Assembly (NCBI GenBank): GCA_963801165.1
Contig: CAWDDT010000006.1
Coordinates: forward strand, 224,001 to 288,000
Origin: an uncultured bacterium
GTDB taxonomy: Bacteria > Actinomycetota > Acidimicrobiia > Spongiisociales > UBA5794
Length of the DNA: 64,000 nt
Direction: 5' to 3'
Positions within the stretch are counted from its first letter, which is position 1. Every line of letters begins with the position of its first letter. Below are positions 56,783 through 64,000 of the stretch, in pieces. The position numbers were made by a program, and so were the translations under genes. The notes under the pieces are model-generated. The model was not told the DNA's origin. It saw only the letters and a list, made by a program, of their open reading frames with translations, and did no database searches.

Positions 56783-56969
56783 GGTGGATTGCCTCCGATC
56801 GAGGTCTGTTGCCGATCCCGGTCAACCTAGCCGCGATGAGGCGATGTGAATTCGGGCAACCGGACTAGACCGATTCGCACCGGCCCCCCTCGACCCGGCT
56901 CTCCGGGTCTGTTGATCCTCCCAGAGGGAGTGTCAACTCCTTCTCCCCGCGGTAGAAGTGGCGTCTGCC

Positions 56970-58853
56970 CTAGAGGGCCTCTGCGGGGACTTCGGTGTTG
57001 TCGGTGCCAAGACGGACGATCCACAGGCCGCTGTTCAGGTCGCTCATGAACACCAGACCGTCGCTCAAATCGACACCCCACACCATGGCGAAGCTGGAGC
57101 CGCGGCCCTGGCCCTGGAAATAGCCCTGCGGGTCGGGCTTCGGGGCGGGAACGAATGAGGCAACCTCGGCAGGTGACGTCGGGTCGGAGACATCCACCAC
57201 CCGCAGCCCATCGGAGTACCACGACACGTACTCGAGCCCACCGCTCAGGATGATCTCGTGAGAGCTGAAGTAGCCCGGCGCCGCCGGATCACCCGAGCTC
57301 AGATCCGACCGCTCCGTTGCGAAAGTGGCGAGTTGGGAAACGTCGCCCAGATCGGATGCGTCGTAGAAGGTCTGCGCTCCCCAGGCCCCGGGACGATCGT
57401 CTTCCGGTGCCCACTCCAGGTCCTCGTCGCTGCGGATCAGCAGGCCTGTCTCGGGGTCGTATGCGATGCTGTGGGTGTTGCCGTCCTCGCCTTCACCTAT
57501 CGGCACGTGCGCCGCTACCGACGGCGTCTCGAGGGTCGTCAGGTCGAGCAGCACAAGACCCGCGTCCCAAACGGCCACCCACGCCGACATCCCGTCCGGT
57601 GTGAAGGTGGTGCTGTGGGTGTGCAGGTTGATGTCGTCGACACCCGGGTCGTCTTCGGGAAGTGTCGCCCGATAGTCCCAGTCGGCAACCTGGGCGGGTG
57701 CCGCAGGATCGGTCACGTCGAGCAGCCGCCAGTCTCCGAGCGCACCGTCGGTGTGCAGGTACGACTGCATGACCGTGACTGCGACCACGACGGTGCCGTC
57801 GGGCCTGACTGCCCCGGTCACCTCATGGACGCCCTGGGTCAGGTCCCCGCTGTCGAACGTGCTCAGCAGGGCCGGTTGGGCCGGGTCGGTGACGTCGTAG
57901 ATCGCCAGGCCGCGGAAGTCCGCCCGACGGCGGTTCCGCTCGCTCGTGTCGCAAAGACGGACGGCGACCACGGCGATATCGCCGGTGAACGCGGGAGTGT
58001 CGATCGAGGCGACCCACACCGAGTCGGTACTGGTGCCCGGGAACTCGTCGGCCGCGGCAACCGCACCCAGCAGCTCCGGGTTTGCCGGATCAGTGGCGTC
58101 GACGATCCGCACGCCGGTGTTGGGGCACGCGTCCTGTCTACCCCAGGTGCCCATGTAGACGATTCCATCCTGGACGGCGAGACCGGCGTTGAACCCCGCC
58201 CCGGTGTCGAGGTGACCGACCAGGGTCGTGTCGGTGGCCTGATACAGCGGCTTGGCGGCGGGGAGAGCCACATTGCTCTGCGGGGTAGCGACCGTGCCTC
58301 CGGCTACAGCCGCGGCGAGGTGCGGCGCCGGGTCGATTGCGGTGCCGTCGGGTGTGTGAAGCTCGAAATGCAAATGCGATGGCGTCTCTTCCGCGTTGCC
58401 GCTGTCACCCACGAGATCGATGACCTGCCCTGCCGTCACCCGAACCCCGACGGCAATCCCGGGGAGGGTCTGGTTGAGCGCGCCGTCGTCTGTGCCCGGC
58501 GTGTCGTTGTTGAGATGGATGTAGTAGGTGGACCAGCCGTCGTCGTGGGTGATCTTGATGTACCGGCCCGCCAGCGTCCCCACGGAGATCTTGGTGATGA
58601 CACCGTCGGCCGCGGCAACCACGGGAGTTCCCTTCTCCGCAAAGATGTCGGTGCCCTTGTGGGTGCGGCCCCCCGACCGGGGTGCTCCAAAGGTATCGGT
58701 CCAGTTGTTCCGGCCGGCCACCGGGAACACGAGCGGGTAGACATCCCGGGACGTGTCCACCTGAGCGCTGGCGGTGAACAACATGGCGGCGAGGGTCACG
58801 ACAGCAAGCGCCAGCCGCCCGGCACGTGCCGCGAAAGCCTGCCCATTCCCCAT
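56970..58853 (-). CDS. Secreted M23 metallopeptidase fused to an LVIVD-repeat beta-propeller
   Basis: HKGTD, YIHLNND, HLHFE, repeated (I/L/V)xD(V/A)(T/S)DP..P motifs. Confidence 0.88.
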   Translation of the reverse strand: MGNGQAFAARAGRLALAVVTLAAMLFTASAQVDTSRDVYPLVFPVAGRNNWTDTFGAPRSGGRTHKGTDIFAEKGTPVVAAADGVITKISVGTLAGRYIKITHDDGWSTYYIHLNNDTPGTDDGALNQTLPGIAVGVRVTAGQVIDLVGDSGNAEETPSHLHFELHTPDGTAIDPAPHLAAAVAGGTVATPQSNVALPAAKPLYQATDTTLVGHLDTGAGFNAGLAVQDGIVYMGTWGRQDACPNTGVRIVDATDPANPELLGAVAAADEFPGTSTDSVWVASIDTPAFTGDIAVVAVRLCDTSERNRRRADFRGLAIYDVTDPAQPALLSTFDSGDLTQGVHEVTGAVRPDGTVVVAVTVMQSYLHTDGALGDWRLLDVTDPAAPAQVADWDYRATLPEDDPGVDDINLHTHSTTFTPDGMSAWVAVWDAGLVLLDLTTLETPSVAAHVPIGEGEDGNTHSIAYDPETGLLIRSDEDLEWAPEDDRPGAWGAQTFYDASDLGDVSQLATFATERSDLSSGDPAAPGYFSSHEIILSGGLEYVSWYSDGLRVVDVSDPTSPAEVASFVPAPKPDPQGYFQGQGRGSSFAMVWGVDLSDGLVFMSDLNSGLWIVRLGTDNTEVPAEAL

Positions 58854-59015
58854 TTGAGATGCCTCCAAATGTCCCTGGCGCCGAGACTACCGGTGAAAGG
58901 GCCCAAGGATCAATGAACTTTCCCTGAATGCACGATTTGGGCTAGCCGGCCGCGCGCGCACTCCGATCCGGGTGGAGCGTCGTAGAGTCTCCGGTTGGAA
59001 TCAACAAGGTGGAGT

Positions 59016-59912
59016 ATGACTGCGATTGAAGTCAAGGGTCTCGTGAAGCGTTACGGAAGCCTCACCGCAGTAGCGGGAATCGACCTCGAGGTGGAATCCG
59101 GGGAGGTGCTCGCATTGCTCGGGCCAAACGGCGCAGGCAAGACCACAACGGTTGAGGTGCTCGAGGGTTATCGCGAGCGCGACCAGGGAGACGTCTCGGT
59201 GCTCGGCTTCGATCCCGGCCGCGATGACCGGAACTTCCGGGAACGCATCGGCATCGTCCTCCAGGAGACGAGGTTGGAGGAGCAGCTGACGCCGCGTGAG
59301 CTCTTCGACGTTTATGGTGCCTCGTACCCCAAGCACCTCGAGACCGACCACGTCTTGGAGATAGTGGGTCTGACCGGCAAGGCCGACGACCGTATCAAGA
59401 CGCTGAGCGGCGGTCAGCGGCGGCGGGTCCAGCTCGGCCTCGGGCTGGTCGGCGACCCCGAGTTGATCTTCCTAGACGAACCGACGACCGGCTTCGACCC
59501 GTCCGCCCGACGCCAGGCGTGGGAAGTGATCACCAACCTGCGGTCGATGGGCAAGACGGTGCTGCTGACGACCCACTACATGGATGAGGCGCAACACCTC
59601 GCCGACCGGGTCACCGTCATCTCCGGCGGCAAGGTCGTCGCCGAGGGTACGCCGGAGTCTCTAACGACGGGCATGGCCACCGAGTCGAACATCCGCCTGG
59701 TGCTGCGCGACGGTGCATCGCCGCCGCTCGCCGGTCGCCGGTCGGGCGACGTCTTCGAGGCGAGTAGCAGCGACCTGGCCCGTGACCTCCACCAACTGAC
59801 GCAATGGGCGCTCGACACGAACGTCGATCTGCACACGCTCACCGTCACCCGCCCCACGCTCGAAGACGTCTATCTCGAGTTGACCGCAGGGAGTGACAAC
59901 CATGACAACTGA
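59016..59912 (+). CDS. ABC-2 type exporter ATP-binding subunit
   Basis: GPNGAGKTT, LSGGQ, FLDEPT, TTH. Confidence 0.96.
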   Translation: MTAIEVKGLVKRYGSLTAVAGIDLEVESGEVLALLGPNGAGKTTTVEVLEGYRERDQGDVSVLGFDPGRDDRNFRERIGIVLQETRLEEQLTPRELFDVYGASYPKHLETDHVLEIVGLTGKADDRIKTLSGGQRRRVQLGLGLVGDPELIFLDEPTTGFDPSARRQAWEVITNLRSMGKTVLLTTHYMDEAQHLADRVTVISGGKVVAEGTPESLTTGMATESNIRLVLRDGASPPLAGRRSGDVFEASSSDLARDLHQLTQWALDTNVDLHTLTVTRPTLEDVYLELTAGSDNHDN

Positions 59913-60681
59913 GACGGTCCACCCGCCAACCGGGAAACTGCTGAAGAGCCAGTTCCGCTACCAGAACCTGATCTTCTGGCGGACGCCGATCTCCGCGTTC
60001 TTCTCGCTGATCTTCCCGGTCCTGCTGTTCGTAATCTTTGCGCTCGTCTTCGGCAACGGCCCCATCGAGGGAATGAACTTCACCGTGGTGCAGTACTTCG
60101 CCCCGTCGATCGCCGTCTTCGCCACCGCGACAGCCGCCTACACGAATCTGGCCATAAACACGGCCTATCAGCGTGACTACGGGATCTTGAAGAGGGTCAG
60201 GGGCACCCCGCTTCCGCCGTGGATCTACGTAACCGGGAAGGTGCTGGTCGCCGTCTTGGTCGGAGCGGTAGCTGTCATCACGTTGCTCGCGATCGGGTTT
60301 GTGTTCTACGACCTCCGCCTGCCGGCATCTCATGTGCCGGCGATGGTGCTTTCGTTCCTCGTCGGTTCGGCGGCGTTCGCCGCGCTGGGCATGCTGCTGG
60401 CGGCGTTGACCTCGTCCGGGGAATCGGCGACTGCCCTTGCCCAGGCGACCTTGCTGCCATTGGCGTTCTTCTCGGGCAACTTCTTCCTGTCGACGCAGCT
60501 GCCGGCCTGGCTCTCCCGTCTTGCGGATATCTTCCCCCTGAAGCACTTCAACGAAGCGTTTCTGGCTCCCTTTGATCCAACCACCACCGGGCTGGGCTTC
60601 GAATGGCTGCACCTAGCGATCATGGCAGCGTGGGGCGTCGGCGCGGCGTTGTTGACCGCCCGCTACTTCAGGTGGGAGTAG
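59902..60681 (+). CDS. ABC-2 type exporter permease
   Basis: 6 TM, R..GILKR..GTPL, FRWE end. Confidence 0.93.
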   Translation: MTTETVHPPTGKLLKSQFRYQNLIFWRTPISAFFSLIFPVLLFVIFALVFGNGPIEGMNFTVVQYFAPSIAVFATATAAYTNLAINTAYQRDYGILKRVRGTPLPPWIYVTGKVLVAVLVGAVAVITLLAIGFVFYDLRLPASHVPAMVLSFLVGSAAFAALGMLLAALTSSGESATALAQATLLPLAFFSGNFFLSTQLPAWLSRLADIFPLKHFNEAFLAPFDPTTTGLGFEWLHLAIMAAWGVGAALLTARYFRWE

Positions 60682-60688
60682 CTTCGGG

Positions 60689-61180
60689 GTGAGCCTGTCT
60701 CTCCGCCACATGACGAGCATCGAGTTCTCGGAGTTCCTCAGTTGGCTCACCGACGACTACGCAGCTGATCTCCGCCGGGCGGACGGATACTCAAAGGAGG
60801 CCAGCCGTGAGCGGGCCGTTGACCAGCTACGCTCACTGCTTCCTCGAGGCGTTGCTACGACCAGCCACAGCCTGCGAACCGTTGTGAACAGCCGGAACGA
60901 ACCCGTCGGCTCGGTGTGGTTTGGACCACAGACCCACGACCACAAACCGGCAGTGTTCCTATACGAGATCGTCATACGGCCGGACCATCGCAAACACGGC
61001 CACGCGTCAGAGGTCCTCTCGCTGCTCGAGCACGAAGCCCTCGCCGACGGCGCAGAACTGATCGCCCTGCACGTCTTCGAGCACAACCCACCGGCCATTG
61101 CCCTCTACGCAGCGTGCGGATACGTCCAGGCCGACTCCCGACCCGGCCACCTACTGATGACGAAGCAGCTAGCCGGGTAG
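60689..61180 (+). CDS. GNAT N-acetyltransferase
   Basis: HRKHGHA, LHVFEHNPPAIALY...GY. Confidence 0.88.
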   Translation: MSLSLRHMTSIEFSEFLSWLTDDYAADLRRADGYSKEASRERAVDQLRSLLPRGVATTSHSLRTVVNSRNEPVGSVWFGPQTHDHKPAVFLYEIVIRPDHRKHGHASEVLSLLEHEALADGAELIALHVFEHNPPAIALYAACGYVQADSRPGHLLMTKQLAG

Positions 61181-61488
61181 GACCACCCGAGGCTCGAGTC
61201 GCGTTGCCGCCGGATCAGCCAGCATCTGCATTTGATGTGGGCTGAAAGCAATAGGTGATCCCCCAATTTCGGGGGATCGGCCGGGCGTAGCCCGGTCGAT
61301 GGGGGAAGAACGGGAAGCGGTCGCCGTTGATCTTTGCCCCTTCCCGGACCGGGCGCCGGCTGCGCTGGCGGTCGGTCAACAGTCAACGGGTGTTAGCGTG
61401 TTGCGGGCGCACCCGGCGGTAGGGGCTGATACGCCAACAGTGAACGCCGGTTGTCGCGCTCCCCCGCATCCGAGAAGAAACATCGACG

Positions 61489-61938
61489 ATGAAGCAAGCT
61501 CAAACAGTGCGGCCCGTTCGCGCCATGCATCGTGGCTGGGCGATCACGACGGCTTGTTTTGCGGCTGGCGTCCTGCTGCTGACGCTCTGGCCCGACTCGA
61601 CGGTGAACAGCGCCAACTTCGCCCCATTGCGGGAGCATGGGGCCGCCTGGTCCTGTTTGCTCCGAGGATGCCCCGCCTCCGGTGCGTCGGCTCGGTTCCT
61701 CGTGAGCGACGTCATCGGGAACATCGCGCTATTCGTTCCTATCGGCTACGCCGCCGCGGCGACCCTCACTGGACGGTCCCGGTCACGCCGGTTCTGGATG
61801 GCGACTCTCTTCGGGGTCCTGCTTAGCCTTCTCATCGAAACGACACAGCTCGGGATCGCTACCCGTGCCACCGACGTCGACGACCTCATCTTCAACTCGC
61901 TCGGGACGGTGCTCGGCGCCATCCTGCGACGAAGTTAG
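61489..61938 (+). CDS. VanZ family membrane protein
   Basis: GNIALFVPIG, IETTQ, RATDVDDLIFNSLG. Confidence 0.9.
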   Translation: MKQAQTVRPVRAMHRGWAITTACFAAGVLLLTLWPDSTVNSANFAPLREHGAAWSCLLRGCPASGASARFLVSDVIGNIALFVPIGYAAAATLTGRSRSRRFWMATLFGVLLSLLIETTQLGIATRATDVDDLIFNSLGTVLGAILRRS

Positions 61939-62131
61939 CCGGTGATGCGCACGACTCGAGTTGAGGACGCGTCCGAATTCCCGGGAGCCCGTGCCCGGAT
62001 GCCGTTTGGTTCCGTCTACGGCCGGAGAGGCCGACTCCCGGTCGACCACACGGTTAGTCTCGCGGACATGACCGGTGACAGGACGCAGAGAGCATGAAGG
62101 GCCACGTGGCGTCGCCGCCCGGGACCGTCGT

Positions 62132-62941
62132 ATGAGAGTGACCTTCCATGGGGTGCGTGGTTCTCTGCCCGCTTCCACCCCTCAGACCAGCCGGTACGGG
62201 GGCCACACCCTCTGTATCGAGATCGCGTCGGGCGACGCTTCCATGGTGCTGATCGACGGGGGTACCGGAATCACACGCGTAGACCCCGGCGGCCTGGACG
62301 CTGTTTCCGAGTTCCACGTGTTGCTGACCCACTACCACTGGGATCACATACAGGGTTTGCCCTTCTTCCCACCGCTCTACGACGAAGCGAACACCTTCAC
62401 GCTCTACGGGCACAGCTGGGACGGGCTCGGCCCGCGCGAGATCCTCGACCAGGCCCTGCGTCCCCCCTTCTTTCCCGTGTCGATCGAAACCACCGCGGCG
62501 CTCAAGCGCTATGTGACCGTCGCCTCCACCGTCTTGCAGATCGGAGGGCTGACGATCACCACCGCCCCACTCCACCATCCTCAGGGGGTGACGGCCTACC
62601 GGGTCGACGGCCCCTCCCGGTCGATCGTGATCGCCACCGACTGCGAGCACGGAGACGCCCGGGCCGATGACGCGCTCCGCACCCTGGCTACGGGCGCCGA
62701 CGTGCTGGTTCACGATGGGCAGTACGGCCCGGAGGAATACGAGCAGCACCGTATCGGCTGGGGACACAGCACCTGGGAGCAAGCAACCCGGGTCGCCCGG
62801 GAAGCCGGTGTCGGGGAGCTCATTCTCATCAGTCACGATCCCGCACGCACCGACGACGGGATAGACAGTTTCGTCGCCCGCGCTCGTGAGGCATTCACCA
62901 ACACCAGGGCGGCGTTCGAGGGCATGCAGCTCGAGCTGTAA
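62132..62941 (+). CDS. Metallo-beta-lactamase fold hydrolase (RNase Z / phosphodiesterase-like)
   Basis: GVRGS, YGGHT.C, THYHWDHIQG, TDCE, GWGHS, SHDP. Confidence 0.9.
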   Translation: MRVTFHGVRGSLPASTPQTSRYGGHTLCIEIASGDASMVLIDGGTGITRVDPGGLDAVSEFHVLLTHYHWDHIQGLPFFPPLYDEANTFTLYGHSWDGLGPREILDQALRPPFFPVSIETTAALKRYVTVASTVLQIGGLTITTAPLHHPQGVTAYRVDGPSRSIVIATDCEHGDARADDALRTLATGADVLVHDGQYGPEEYEQHRIGWGHSTWEQATRVAREAGVGELILISHDPARTDDGIDSFVARAREAFTNTRAAFEGMQLEL

Positions 62942-62964
62942 GGCCTACCGGGTGCGACGCCCGC

Positions 62965-64000
62965 CTACCCGAGACGAAGCGGCAGCTCTACCCGGAACAC
63001 GGTCTTGCCCGGCTCGCTGGCGACCGTCAGATTGCCACCGTGGTGATGCAGCACGATGTTCCGGCTGATGTCGAGCCCGAGACCGGTGCCCGACCCGGGT
63101 GGCTTGGTGGTGAAGAACGAGTCGAAGACCCGACGCTGTATCTCCCGGGGTATCCCGGGACCGTTGTCTTCGATCTCGACCGCTACCCCACCGTCGGTGA
63201 CCATCGTTCGAACGATCAAGCGGGGGTCGGCCACGCCCGATTCGTCGAGCGCATACAGAGCATTGTCGATCAGGTTTGTCCACACCTGGTTGAGCTCGCT
63301 GCCAAGAGCTTCGATAGCGGGCAGATCGGGCGCATACTCGCGCTCTATGGTGACCCCTTTGGCGCGGTGTCCCAGCAGCAGCAACGTGTCGTCGAGACCG
63401 GCGACGACGTCCACATTCTGCACCGGTGCCTGATCCAGGTAGGCGTACGACTTCAACGCCCGCACAATCGCCGACATGCGCCGGGTGCCTTCCTCTATCT
63501 GATGCATCATCGATAGACCGTCCTGAGCCGCGTCTACCAGCTCGACCAGCAGGGGTAGCCCGGCCGGCTCGATCTGCCGGGCGACGTCGGACAACGTCTC
63601 GGTCGTGAAACCCGCATCGACCAGTCCGGGCGCCAGCTCCCAACCCCGACCAATCCCGTGCTCACCCAGCCAGTCGGCGACGCCGTCCTCCAGGTCGGAC
63701 CGATCAAGGGCCGAGAGCGAAGGCCCTATGCCACGCCTCTCCTGTACCCTCGCCAGTAGGCCCTCCGCAACCGTCCGACCCGCCTCGTCGAAGCCCGCCG
63801 CCACGGCGGCTCTCGCAGCCCCGTAGCGAACGATGGCCCCCATCAGCTGGCCTGCGCTCCGGTTGACTGCCGCAGCCGGATTGTTCAGCTCGTGCGCCAA
63901 TCCCGCCGTCAGGGTGCCCAGTTGCGCCATCCGCTCCTGTTGCTGCAGCTTGACCTGTGTGTCCCGCCAGCGGGCCAGCATCACCTCGAAGAACGCCCGG
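62965..64000 (-). CDS. Sensor histidine kinase, C-terminal part (start outside the window)
   Basis: AGLAHELNNP, NQVWTNLIDNA, DNGPGI, FFTTK, GTGLGL. Confidence 0.95.
   Translation of the reverse strand, partial: RAFFEVMLARWRDTQVKLQQQERMAQLGTLTAGLAHELNNPAAAVNRSAGQLMGAIVRYGAARAAVAAGFDEAGRTVAEGLLARVQERRGIGPSLSALDRSDLEDGVADWLGEHGIGRGWELAPGLVDAGFTTETLSDVARQIEPAGLPLLVELVDAAQDGLSMMHQIEEGTRRMSAIVRALKSYAYLDQAPVQNVDVVAGLDDTLLLLGHRAKGVTIEREYAPDLPAIEALGSELNQVWTNLIDNALYALDESGVADPRLIVRTMVTDGGVAVEIEDNGPGIPREIQRRVFDSFFTTKPPGSGTGLGLDISRNIVLHHHGGNLTVASEPGKTVFRVELPLRLG

Noticed and set aside
56836-56860. Rex or Crp/Fnr site upstream of cydA
   Set aside because: Only a half-site (ATGTGAA), with no symmetric partner
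58854-59015. c-di-AMP riboswitch upstream of the M23 peptidase (also considered for kup)
   Set aside because: Conserved ydaO elements were not recognisable by eye. An Infernal scan would be decisive

Overview
This is a high-GC, gene-dense bacterial window, most consistent with an actinobacterium of class Acidimicrobiia. That placement is inferred from the actinobacterial pgsA2-gcvH-garA-ftsR-DUF151-MerR block, ppgK and the Cys-containing 'GCNPP...CP...TRGQMAAFL' SLH-like repeats. About 76 CDS are present. No rRNA, tRNA, CRISPR array or mobile element was recognised. The standout locus (40290-49772) is an apparent 13-gene operon. It combines a Tat-exported group 1e-type [NiFe]-hydrogenase (small subunit, isp1, isp2, small ORF, large subunit, maturation protease, hypC, DUF6390) with sulfur-relay and lipoate components normally found in sHdr-LbpA sulfur-oxidation loci (TusA, two DsrE proteins, a Cys-flanked LbpA-like lipoyl carrier, a lipoate-protein ligase). 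No sHdr genes are in the window. This suggests an H2-driven, lipoate-mediated sulfur or disulfide reduction module. Other points of note: a MerR gene with a textbook 19-bp-spacer promoter and a possible TipA-like internal start; a PD-(D/E)XK-like gene that appears to need a CTG start; a DnaA box next to the promoter of the Rv1830-like regulator; a second, divergent HPRT-like gene; a DUF2271-PepSY-ApbE flavinylation locus; two single-base frameshifts; and several short tandem duplications at gene boundaries. All family assignments come from motif recognition by eye, not from database searches.
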